Shown here in pieces: positions 29,595-38,457 of a stretch of 64,000 bases of DNA. The stretch is from an uncultured Candidatus Saccharibacteria bacterium (lineage in GTDB: Bacteria > Patescibacteriota > WWE3 > UBA101185 > UBA10185), in NCBI GenBank assembly GCA_964490125.1, contig CAZBAJ010000004.1, positions 7,662 to 71,661 of the forward strand, read 5' to 3'. The notes beneath the pieces are model-generated. The model was given only the letters and a program-made list of their open reading frames with translations. It was not told where the DNA came from and ran no database searches. Position 1 is the first letter of the stretch. Each line of letters starts with the position of its first letter. A program made the translations under genes and the position numbers.

Positions 29595-30830
29595 TTAGAC
29601 AACCTTGTAAACGGGCAAAAGCTTTTTTGGAAAGCCGTGAATTTCCCAAAACGCCCTTAAATCCTCTTCCGTAAGGTTGGCAAGTCCTTTAGCCTTAACA
29701 ACTTTGGCAATTTTGCGCGCACCCTTCTCCAAAGTCACTTTATATTCCTTCTCGTGGTCAAAAATTACCTCCAAACAAGTCGTCACCCCGTCACTTAAAT
29801 GTGGATACGGTTTTGCATACATTTGGACGACTTGGTGACGCAGTTTTGGCAAAAGTTCCTGCGGATTAAGTCCCTGCGCGTACATGGAAGAAAGTAGCCT
29901 GCGGATAAGCGTTCTAATAATCCTGCCACGGTCGGCTTTGCTGGGGACTATTTTTTCTTCCGCCAAAATAAATAAGAGCGACTTAATGTGGTCGGCAATA
30001 ATTTTTATATTCTCGTTAAGCTCACCTGTTGGCGCAATCAAATCGACTAAAGGTTTTAGGTATGATGTCAAATAAATGCTTTCCACCCCTTCCACAATCT
30101 TGGCGCACCGTTCCGCGCCAATAACTACCTCGGTGGATTTGTTTACTAAGTCGCCCAAAACCGGCTCTTTAGAATAGTCAATAAAATGCTCGATAAACAA
30201 AATGTTACTAATTTCCAAAAACCGTCCGCATTTGCAAAACGGGTTGCAATTTGGGTTTTGACAGTTTTGATTGACGCCCTGATCGTAAAAGAATTCCACC
30301 TGCGGACCGCACAGCTTGATGTTGTCCCTAAGATCCGCACCCCCGCCCTGTTCCCACAAATTGGTTTCTTTGTTGCCAAAAACCACCTGACCGTTTGCTG
30401 TTTTGGTGACAAAGTCTTTAAGTTCGGTTTCTAGATCAATTTCCCTACCCGCAACAACATCTTTGTTAAACACCGTTGCCCAAATATGTTTTGGATTGAT
30501 TTTTAGGACTTTGGTTAGAAATTCCCAAGTTAGGTTTACGGTATTGACCTTGTTATATTCAACCACTTCAAACGCTCCCGCCATTTCAAAAAAGCTTAAG
30601 TGACTCTCGTCGCCCACTTTTTCAATGTCAAAATGCCTAACGCACGGTTGAATTAAAACCTCTTTGGACGGATTTGCTGGATTTTTTGACCGTATTCTGG
30701 GGTCGAGTTGGACGAGACCTGCGGACATATTGAAGGATGTTGGAAAGACGGGGTGTACAAGCGACTCGTGGTCGATTCTTTTAAAACCCGCCTTTATGAA
30801 AGTGTCAATCCATGCAATATTAATATCCAT
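29595..30830 (-). CDS. Alanyl-tRNA-synthetase paralogue (aminoacylation and tRNA-binding domains only, altered specificity residues)
   Basis: QPCVR..DIEKVG..HLSFFEM, NLW, CGP, EISNILF, GAER, IADHIKS, HGFP. Ends where the AlaRS editing domain would start. Confidence 0.85.
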   Translation of the reverse strand: MDINIAWIDTFIKAGFKRIDHESLVHPVFPTSFNMSAGLVQLDPRIRSKNPANPSKEVLIQPCVRHFDIEKVGDESHLSFFEMAGAFEVVEYNKVNTVNLTWEFLTKVLKINPKHIWATVFNKDVVAGREIDLETELKDFVTKTANGQVVFGNKETNLWEQGGGADLRDNIKLCGPQVEFFYDQGVNQNCQNPNCNPFCKCGRFLEISNILFIEHFIDYSKEPVLGDLVNKSTEVVIGAERCAKIVEGVESIYLTSYLKPLVDLIAPTGELNENIKIIADHIKSLLFILAEEKIVPSKADRGRIIRTLIRRLLSSMYAQGLNPQELLPKLRHQVVQMYAKPYPHLSDGVTTCLEVIFDHEKEYKVTLEKGARKIAKVVKAKGLANLTEEDLRAFWEIHGFPKKLLPVYKVV

Positions 30831-30832
30831 TG

Positions 30833-30845
30833 TGGTATTATATCA
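30833..30845. promoter_or_regulatory. Overlapping divergent extended -10 elements
   Basis: Minus strand TGaTATAAT ends 6 nt before ATG 30830; plus strand TGgTATTAT ends 8 nt before ATG 30850. Confidence 0.55.
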
Positions 30846-30849
30846 GAAT

Positions 30850-31725
30850 ATGAGTCCACTAAGCTATCTAGGAGTCGTCGCATCCTTCGCAACTGTAGTT
30901 AGCTATATTGTCCGATATTCCTTGATAAGAGGCTTGAGCGACAGCGGGATCGATAGATATAGGCTGAACGCATATTACCGATTTTTCAGTTTACCTTTCC
31001 TAATTCTAATTATTTTATTGACTGGTGGGTTCTTTATACCGGAATACAAGCTGTTCTTGCTCCCGCTGTCTGTCAGCTTGCTTCTAAACATTGCCTACGG
31101 GGCGATTCAAGTAAAAATATACCAGAAATTCGACTTTTCTTTGATCACTATGTCGAGAACCTTAGATGTGCTGTTCTCCTTTGTTTTGGGTTTTATTTTC
31201 TTAGCGGAGAAAATATATATCCACCATGTTCTTGGTTTCTTGTTATTACTCGTTTCCTACATTGTGTTAGCTTGGGATAAGCGAGTCCGCGTTGATGTAA
31301 TTAAAGTGGCTGGATTGTTGGTGGTTTACAATTTAATCGGGAGTTTTACTTCCGTTGCAAACAAGTTTTCAATAAATAATTCAAGTCCGCAAATGTTTGC
31401 ATTGTTCCTTACTGTTCTATTAGTAGTTAGTAATTATGCAATTTCTTGGGTTAAGTCCGAAGGCATCGTTGCCGGGGTTCGCGATAAAAACTTTCCGTTC
31501 AATCGATTCTTCCTGATGGGTGCTGTAGTAGCTGGAGGTTTCCTTTGTATCAATTTTGCCTTTAAGTACCTTAACATAGGGGTTGTAACTGCTATTTTAG
31601 CCACCGAACCCTTTGTCGCGCTCATTGTGTCAAAATATAAATACAAAGAGGAAAATTTATTACCCAAACTTTTTGCTTCAATAATAGCTTTTGCAGGGGT
31701 TTTGATTATGGTTTTACCCAAATAA
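30850..31725 (+). CDS. EamA/DMT-family transporter
   Basis: About 10 TM helices in two repeats, FLAEK and KYKEE repeat-end motifs; start re-set to ATG 30850. Confidence 0.8.
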   Translation: MSPLSYLGVVASFATVVSYIVRYSLIRGLSDSGIDRYRLNAYYRFFSLPFLILIILLTGGFFIPEYKLFLLPLSVSLLLNIAYGAIQVKIYQKFDFSLITMSRTLDVLFSFVLGFIFLAEKIYIHHVLGFLLLLVSYIVLAWDKRVRVDVIKVAGLLVVYNLIGSFTSVANKFSINNSSPQMFALFLTVLLVVSNYAISWVKSEGIVAGVRDKNFPFNRFFLMGAVVAGGFLCINFAFKYLNIGVVTAILATEPFVALIVSKYKYKEENLLPKLFASIIAFAGVLIMVLPK

Positions 31726-32287
31726 TCGTTAGTAAAGTTTTTCCATACCTGCGGGTTTCTAGAGTCACGGGGATTGATAAATCCTTGGGAAGTTCCACTT
31801 CCGCGCTTGCCAACCTGTCGCCCTGCTGATTTTGTCTGTCAGAAGAAGTCAATAAAAAGAAAACGCCGTTAGGGTTTAAACGCTCCATGGCAAGTTTAAT
31901 TAAGTGTTTTTGATTTGCGTCGGCATAGTAAGGGTCGGCAAAAATAATGTCGTACAAAGTTTCCGCGTTTGCCAGGTATTTTAACGCGTCGTCCCAAATG
32001 GGATTTGCTTTTTCTGTCAGCTGGCAGTTGTTAAGGTTTTTTTCTATGGTTTGGATGGACGACTTGGATTCGTCTACAAAATCGCAAAAAACGGCTCCCC
32101 TGCTTAAGGCTTCTATACCAAGGTTTCCGCTACCCGCATAAAGATCTAAACAGGTGGCGGACTCTGTTTTGTCGCCCAGAATAGAAAATATCGCCAGTTT
32201 GACGATTTCTTTTACCGCCGTAACCTTTTGGTTTTTTGGTAAAAGCAGTTTTTTTTCTTTAGCTGTTCCGGATGTAACGCGAAGCAT
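31706..32287 (-). CDS. rsmD: 16S rRNA m2G966 methyltransferase
   Basis: LDLYAGSGNLGIEALSRGA, DIIFADPYY, RRYG. Confidence 0.88.
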   Translation of the reverse strand: MLRVTSGTAKEKKLLLPKNQKVTAVKEIVKLAIFSILGDKTESATCLDLYAGSGNLGIEALSRGAVFCDFVDESKSSIQTIEKNLNNCQLTEKANPIWDDALKYLANAETLYDIIFADPYYADANQKHLIKLAMERLNPNGVFFLLTSSDRQNQQGDRLASAEVELPKDLSIPVTLETRRYGKTLLTIIWVKP

Positions 32288-32290
32288 GGC

Positions 32291-33244
32291 TTAAATCAGG
32301 CTCCCAACCAGTCTAACCATTTTTTCTTTGTCTTTTGGATTACTTTCCGAAATTAATATGGTTAAGGCAGTAAGTGCTGACGGTGTTAATTTGGCGGTGT
32401 TAAGAATTTTTGCTTGTTTTAAAAACCACACAAAAGCAAATGCGGCGCTTCTTTTATTGCCGTCCATAAACGGATGATCTTTAACCATAAAATACAAAAG
32501 GTTGGCGGATTTTTCTTCTACTGTAGGGTATAAGTCTTGACCCCCAAAGGACTGCATGACATTACCCACTATGCCAGAAAGTCTGCCTTGACTCTGTTCC
32601 GTCCCAAAAAGTTTGGTAGCCGTGCCTTTAGATAGTAAATCTGATTTTAAAGTTGCTAATTCTTGCTCGAGTTTTTGCGCGGTAATTTCCACAGACTTTT
32701 TAGTAGTTTTTTTAGTCTTTAACTGATCTTTGTCGTACGCCTCAAGAGAGACCCATGTGTCGGCGTAGGCGCTAATTAGTTCCATAACATCCTTGGTGTT
32801 TATAAGTTCGTTTCCAGGCAGGAGCAGTTTTATGTCTTCAACTGTTTTTAGGAATTGTTGATAGTTTTTTGCAATTAGCTTTTTGTTTATTGCATAACCC
32901 TGGGTAATATATTCTTTTAGGGTTTGGGTAGCCCACCGTCTAAAATCAATGGCTACCCTGGAATTTGTACGATATCCAACAGCCAGAATAAGGTCTAGTG
33001 AGTAGGCAAAAACGGGTTTAAAGGGGCTAGTAAAGTGCATTTTTTGCACATTACTCCTCCTTTTTACCTCCCGATCCTTAAAGATTTTGTTGATGTGTCT
33101 AGTCACAACCGTCCTCTCGATTCCAAAAAGTTCGGCTATTTGAGTTTGACTAGCCCAGATAGTTCCGCGTCTAGCGTCTCTTCTTAACTCTATTGCTCCG
33201 GATCTCGATTGATAAATAACTAGCTGATTATTTTTATTTGTCAT
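32291..33244 (-). CDS. RhuM-family / Fic-Doc fusion protein
   Basis: TIWASQ.QIAELF, ILAVGYRTNS..A..FR.WA, Fic motif HPFMDGNKR; leaderless promoter TTGACT-18-TATAAT. Confidence 0.88.
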   Translation of the reverse strand: MTNKNNQLVIYQSRSGAIELRRDARRGTIWASQTQIAELFGIERTVVTRHINKIFKDREVKRRSNVQKMHFTSPFKPVFAYSLDLILAVGYRTNSRVAIDFRRWATQTLKEYITQGYAINKKLIAKNYQQFLKTVEDIKLLLPGNELINTKDVMELISAYADTWVSLEAYDKDQLKTKKTTKKSVEITAQKLEQELATLKSDLLSKGTATKLFGTEQSQGRLSGIVGNVMQSFGGQDLYPTVEEKSANLLYFMVKDHPFMDGNKRSAAFAFVWFLKQAKILNTAKLTPSALTALTILISESNPKDKEKMVRLVGSLI

Positions 33245-33311
33245 TAAAAGATTATATTACCAAGAATAATTAATAGTCAATAGTATAATTGATAAATTTG
33301 TTAATGTTTAT

Positions 33312-33369
33312 AATCCATTGCCCAGCAAGGCAATGGATTTCAGCAAACCATCAGCTGTTGCTGATGGTT
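33312..33369. repeat. Twin perfect hairpins (REP-like)
   Basis: AATCCATTGCC-6-GGCAATGGATT (33312-33339) and AACCATCAGC-4-GCTGATGGTT (33346-33369). Confidence 0.65.
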
Positions 33370-33375
33370 GTTGCT

Positions 33376-35421
33376 TTAATTTTGACCCACATACTTACCC
33401 GATTCTTCTATTTTATCCTTCAACATCGGAAACTCATCAAGTCGCCCAAAATATTTTTGCGCTTGCGCTTTAGCCTTCTCCAAAAGTTCCACATCAAAAA
33501 TGCTGGCGACTTTAAAGTTTTTTACCCCGCTTTGCATTGTACCAAAAATGTCGCCCTGACCTCGCATTTTTAAATCCAGCTCGGCAAGTTCCAATCCGTC
33601 GTCGCAAGTTTCCATATATTTTAGCCGTTCACGCGATTTTTGTGAGCTTCCCGTATTTACCAAAAAACAATAACCTTGCTGACCAAGTCGACCTACTCGC
33701 CCCCTAAGTTGATGTAGCGACGCCAAACCGTACCTTTCTGCGCTTTCTATTACAATAATTGATGCTTCCGGTACATCTATACCCACCTCTATAACTGGCG
33801 TGGATACAAGGTAACGGATTTTTCCGGTTCTAAACTCTTCAATAGCGATTTCTTTTTCCTTAGCTTTAATTTTGCCGTGAATCAGGCGCATTTGGTCTGC
33901 GGGTAGTATTTTTTGCAGGTCTTTAAATTCTTTTTCCGCCGCTTTTACATTTTCAAAATCCTCGTTGGTCGACTGGTTAATAAACGGACACACAATAAAA
34001 GTTTGTTGATTTTGCGCCTTAATCCATTGGTACAATTTTTCTCGGCTATTTTCCTGTGCGACTTTTGTCTGGACTTTTCTGCCCTCTTTGGTGTGTGGTT
34101 TTAGGACAGAAATATCTAAATCCCCGTAAATTGTTAGCGACAGGGTTCTGGGGATTGGCGTTGCCGTCATAGAGAGCATGTTAGGTAAAATAGTTTCTTT
34201 TGACATATTAAGAAGCATGGTGCGCTGTTCTACCCCAAACCGATGTTGTTCGTCCACAATAACAAGTCCTAGCTTTTCTACTTGTGTGGTTGAGTACAAA
34301 AGCGCATGGGTTCCAATGGCAATGTCAAAATTTTGAGTAAGTTCTGTGTTCTTGGTATTTGTCTTTTGGATAAGCTTAATACCCGAAATAAAATTTTGAG
34401 TAAGAAAGTTGGTAAATGTTTCAAAATGCTGATTGGCTAAAATTTCCGTAGGTGCCATTAAAACTGTTTTGTAACGGTTTAAATACGCCAAGTATCCAGC
34501 TATAAGGCTAACTATGGTTTTTCCGCTTCCCACATCGCCTTCTAAAAGCCGATTCATTGGTGCTTCTTCCTGCAAGTCACTTACGATGCTATCCAGTGCT
34601 TGTTGTTGGGAGGTTGTAAGTTTAAACGGCAGACTGGCTATTAAGTCGTCAACCTGGTTCTTATATGGCGCGTATAGGATTTTGCACCCGTTTTTTTCTT
34701 TTTTCCACTCTTGTTTTCTCTTTTCGACTTTTAAAAGCTCCAGAAAGACCTCTTCAAAAGCAAAGCGATTTTTGGCAATTTCCGCGTCATCCAGACTTTG
34801 GGGAAAGTGGATTTTACTAAAAGCTTCGGCAATCTCCGGAAAGTTATTTTCAGTAAGTACTTCTGGGGGTAAAAACTCTAAAATTTTCGCTCCGGAATCG
34901 TCGCCCTGGAAACCCTTTACGATGTCGTTATTTCTAGACCGTAACCATTTAGAGGAAATTCCTGCCGTTTCGGGATAAATTGCCACAAGTCGTCCTGTTG
35001 CTAAGCCCCCCTCCCCTTCTTCAAATTCGGGCGAGAAAATACACTTTTTGTTTTTGTACAAAGTAACGCGCCCGCTAACCGTGTAGGTTTTATTTTCTCG
35101 GAGAACGGTTTTTAAGTAATGTTGGTTGAACCAAATTAAATTTAGGCTACCGGTTTCGTCCACAATTGTTGCAATGGTTAATCGCTTGCCGGTAGGTGTG
35201 GCAATATTTGTAACTTTTCCCAAAAAGCCCGTAATGGAAACAACATCGTTAACCACCGCATCGCCCACTTTAACCTTTTTAGAATAGTCCTCGTATCTAA
35301 AGGGAAAGTGGTAGAGCAGATCTCCAACCGTTTTAATTTCTAGCTTTTCCAACAGTTTTTCGTATTTAGGTCCGACTTTATTGAGAAATTTTACGGGTCT
35401 TTTAAAAAAATCACGGGTCAT
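33376..35421 (-). CDS. recG: ATP-dependent DNA helicase RecG
   Basis: GDVGSGKT, DEQHRFG, MTATPIPR, QLRGRVGR, wedge/OB N-terminus. Confidence 0.95.
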   Translation of the reverse strand: MTRDFFKRPVKFLNKVGPKYEKLLEKLEIKTVGDLLYHFPFRYEDYSKKVKVGDAVVNDVVSITGFLGKVTNIATPTGKRLTIATIVDETGSLNLIWFNQHYLKTVLRENKTYTVSGRVTLYKNKKCIFSPEFEEGEGGLATGRLVAIYPETAGISSKWLRSRNNDIVKGFQGDDSGAKILEFLPPEVLTENNFPEIAEAFSKIHFPQSLDDAEIAKNRFAFEEVFLELLKVEKRKQEWKKEKNGCKILYAPYKNQVDDLIASLPFKLTTSQQQALDSIVSDLQEEAPMNRLLEGDVGSGKTIVSLIAGYLAYLNRYKTVLMAPTEILANQHFETFTNFLTQNFISGIKLIQKTNTKNTELTQNFDIAIGTHALLYSTTQVEKLGLVIVDEQHRFGVEQRTMLLNMSKETILPNMLSMTATPIPRTLSLTIYGDLDISVLKPHTKEGRKVQTKVAQENSREKLYQWIKAQNQQTFIVCPFINQSTNEDFENVKAAEKEFKDLQKILPADQMRLIHGKIKAKEKEIAIEEFRTGKIRYLVSTPVIEVGIDVPEASIIVIESAERYGLASLHQLRGRVGRLGQQGYCFLVNTGSSQKSRERLKYMETCDDGLELAELDLKMRGQGDIFGTMQSGVKNFKVASIFDVELLEKAKAQAQKYFGRLDEFPMLKDKIEESGKYVGQN

Positions 35422-35459
35422 AATGACATTTTATCACCGCTGTGTTAAAGTACCGGCTA

Positions 35460-36143
35460 ATGAAGATAGTTTTTTTAAATATTTGGAATTTTACCAACAG
35501 GGAATTTGCGGAGGCTTTTATTGCAGAACATGTCGATTCAACGGATATTTTTTGTTTTCAGGAAGCTTATGAAAAGGCAAAATGGTTCCTAAGGGATAGT
35601 CTAAATAATTTCAAACTATACAGCGACTACAAATTTATTAGCGACAAAGATGATTTTCCTCAGGCAATCTATATTAGAAATAGTATTGATGTAGTCTCCA
35701 ATAAAGCTTTGTTGATGGACATTCCCTTGGCTGGTTTGGCTTTATATAGCCACTTAAGGTTGAATGGAAAGGACATTCATCTTTGCAATGTTCACGGTGT
35801 GTCTAAGCCGGGAACTAAATTAGATGACGACACTAGGTTGGTACAATCCAAAAGCTTGATAGATGCTTTCAGTATTATGGAAGGAACAAGGATATTGGGC
35901 GGAGATTTTAATCTAGAGATGGATACTAAAAGTGTCAAGATGTTTGAGGAAGCTGGTTATAAGAATTTAGTTAAAGATTACGGAATTAAGACAACAAGGA
36001 ACAAATATGTGTGGGATCGTTTTCCCGAAAGCAAGCAATACTATTCCGATTACATTTTTATAGACGGCAATATAACGGTAAAGGGATTTTCTGTACCCGA
36101 CTCCGAGGCTTCCGATCATTTACCTATGATCTTGGTTATATAA
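35460..36143 (+). CDS. Endonuclease/exonuclease/phosphatase family protein
   Basis: LNIW, DIFCFQE, NVHG, GGDFN, DYIF, SDHLP. Confidence 0.88.
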   Translation: MKIVFLNIWNFTNREFAEAFIAEHVDSTDIFCFQEAYEKAKWFLRDSLNNFKLYSDYKFISDKDDFPQAIYIRNSIDVVSNKALLMDIPLAGLALYSHLRLNGKDIHLCNVHGVSKPGTKLDDDTRLVQSKSLIDAFSIMEGTRILGGDFNLEMDTKSVKMFEEAGYKNLVKDYGIKTTRNKYVWDRFPESKQYYSDYIFIDGNITVKGFSVPDSEASDHLPMILVI

Positions 36144-36252
36144 TTCTGAAAAAAATTATCCTTTAAGGCTTTAGTAACGGGACTATACTCTACTCGTTGG
36201 TTCTAGTCGCTATGTGATTGCATTTGCTTATTGGTTGTGTTAGGATAGTAAT

Positions 36253-37695
36253 ATGATGAATAACGAGTTACAAAAATATCTGCAAAATCAGATGATTCAA
36301 GCCCCAGAACGACTCTTAGGGATGATTAAAGATGTAGATGGCGAGCTTTTGTCCAAAAGGAGCGTTTTTTATGAGTTGGAAAAGAATATCCAACATTTCC
36401 TAGCTCGGAAGGAAGGAGCTAGGATGATTGTTATGCCAGGTCTTAGGGGTACAGGTAAAACTACTTTGTTAGCTCAACTCTACCTTTCTTTAACGGATCA
36501 AAATATTAGTAAAGTGTATTTATCTGTGGACGAGGTGGTTAAAAGATTCGATGCCAACCTTTGGGATGTAATGGAAAGCTACGAAGAGTTGATTTCTAAA
36601 CACATAGAGGAACTCGATACCCCCCTATTTTTATTTTTGGACGAGATACATTACGACGAGAAGTGGGCGTTTTTTTTAAAGACGCTTTACGATAAAACAA
36701 AAAAGGTGATGGTTTTTTGCACAGGTTCCTCCGCTTTACTGTTAAGACAGCAGATTAATGCTGATGTTGCCAGAAGAGTATATTTTACGGATATTCATCC
36801 AGTTGATTTTAGTGAATATCTATTGCTTAAGTCTAGAGTAGAACCGTTACAGGGTGTAAGTAGTTCCGTCAAGGACGCGATTTTATTTAGTAATGACGCC
36901 AAGGAGGTATACTATAAACTTCAAAAACTGGATCAAGCGATCAAAAGTTACTGGTTGAATATAGGTAGGTTTGAAGTTCAAAGATATCTTAAGTTTGGTA
37001 CATTCCCCTTTACGCTAAAGTCGGAAAACGATGTTTTGTCTACAAGTTTTATCTCCCAAATAATTAATAAAGTTATTTATACCGACATTCCTCAAATTTA
37101 TAAATTCGACCTTGCAACGCTTGACAGGGTTGATAAAACTCTCTATTTGATTTCCGATACTTTGGGTGTGAGTGCTACTAAACTAAGCGAGACATTAGGT
37201 TTGAGCATCGATACTTTACGACTTATCCTAAAAACCTTAGAGGAGTCTGGGCTTGTTACTAGGGTTCCTCCCTTTGGCACACATTTTAAACAAATTAGGA
37301 AGGCTTCTAAGTATCTTTTTGCTACCCCGTCGCTAAGGTACACATACCTATCTAGTAAGGAAAGTACAGCCGTTTTTGACAATTATCGAGGTAATTTATT
37401 TGAGGATCTCGTAGGCATGTACTTAAACCGAATTATTCCAAAATTTGGTGCCTTTTCTTTAACTTACGATGTTTCCGAGGGCGGTGCTGATTTTGTAATT
37501 TCTCAAGGCTTTAAACATATTGTTATGGAAGTTGGTATGGGTAAAAAAAGTTACAGTCAGGTAATTCAGACGACGCAAAAAATGGCGCCTAAAGTTACGC
37601 CTAAGTACAGCATAGTTATTTCTGGCAGTGATTTGGAATATTCGGAGCAGTATAATGCGGTAAAGATTCCCTTACAGTATTTTTTGCTTATCTAG
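36253..37695 (+). CDS. AAA_14 ATPase with a DUF4143-like C-terminus
   Basis: GLRGTGKTT, FLDEIH, TGSS, KYLF..P, LFE, DF...EV. Confidence 0.8.
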   Translation: MMNNELQKYLQNQMIQAPERLLGMIKDVDGELLSKRSVFYELEKNIQHFLARKEGARMIVMPGLRGTGKTTLLAQLYLSLTDQNISKVYLSVDEVVKRFDANLWDVMESYEELISKHIEELDTPLFLFLDEIHYDEKWAFFLKTLYDKTKKVMVFCTGSSALLLRQQINADVARRVYFTDIHPVDFSEYLLLKSRVEPLQGVSSSVKDAILFSNDAKEVYYKLQKLDQAIKSYWLNIGRFEVQRYLKFGTFPFTLKSENDVLSTSFISQIINKVIYTDIPQIYKFDLATLDRVDKTLYLISDTLGVSATKLSETLGLSIDTLRLILKTLEESGLVTRVPPFGTHFKQIRKASKYLFATPSLRYTYLSSKESTAVFDNYRGNLFEDLVGMYLNRIIPKFGAFSLTYDVSEGGADFVISQGFKHIVMEVGMGKKSYSQVIQTTQKMAPKVTPKYSIVISGSDLEYSEQYNAVKIPLQYFLLI

Positions 37696-37814
37696 TTGTT
37701 AAAGAATGAATGGTAGGATCGAAGTCAAGAGTAGCGCAAGCGAGGCTAAAACAATAAGCGACTTTTTATAAAAGCCCGTCTTTTTTGCAGTTTTATGTAA
37801 GTCCTTGATTTTTT

Positions 37815-38123
37815 TCATAATGCAATAGTACCAGAAACTTGAATCATGCACGAGATGTCCAAAACTTTTTCTGCCCATTTAAGCCTGGATCTTGCGTCGT
37901 ACAGGATTTTTTCCTTAGGTAGAATTAGTGCGACAAGATACGGCCGGAGTTTTTGGATTTCTCCGTCGTCACAAAGTTTTTGCATATTTTCCAACGCTTT
38001 ATGTAAAAACGTCATCCACACACCGTAAGATTCTGGATTGGTTAGGCGCCCGGCCGATTGCGCCACCCGCATCAAGTCGCTTTTTATTGCCATTTTTAGA
38101 AATTCCGGGTTGTTTCTGTCCAT
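37815..38123 (-). CDS. Helical hypothetical protein paired with the DUF5674-like gene
   Basis: ATG 38123 immediately follows the upstream stop; SDLMRVA, WAEKVL. Confidence 0.65.
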   Translation of the reverse strand: MDRNNPEFLKMAIKSDLMRVAQSAGRLTNPESYGVWMTFLHKALENMQKLCDDGEIQKLRPYLVALILPKEKILYDARSRLKWAEKVLDISCMIQVSGTIAL

Positions 38124-38124
38124 T

Positions 38125-38457
38125 TTATAGTCCAAAAAAGTATTTAACGCGTTCCTCAAAACGCGTCTTAATTTCAGGATCGGAAATTTCGTAAGTCAGC
38201 CTGCCTTGTGCAGGTTTAAAGTTTGACATGGCTTGGTACTCTATTTTGTTTGAGGTCATATCCACTCCCCCGCCCCAAAGGTCTGCTTGTTTAGAACCGT
38301 TGTTGATTAGCACCTCCTCGCAATCTATATGATATTCTCCGCCCGCGCACAGCCAGCCGTTTTCCAAATCTACCACCACTTTTATGTAGTCGGGATACTT
38401 TTCTCGCAGGGGTTTAAAATCCTCGGTTGGAATTGCTTGTTTGTAAAGTTTAATCAT
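38125..38457 (-). CDS. DUF5674-like protein
   Basis: IKVVVD, GGEYHIDCEEVL..GSKQ.DLWGG, N.KP.Q; ATGA overlap with tyrS. Confidence 0.75.
   Translation of the reverse strand: MIKLYKQAIPTEDFKPLREKYPDYIKVVVDLENGWLCAGGEYHIDCEEVLINNGSKQADLWGGGVDMTSNKIEYQAMSNFKPAQGRLTYEISDPEIKTRFEERVKYFFGL

Noticed and set aside
30664-30849. N-terminal extension of the EamA ORF overlapping the AlaRS-like gene
   Set aside because: Hydrophobic sequence starts at ATG 30850, which has its own -10; the extension is antisense shadow.
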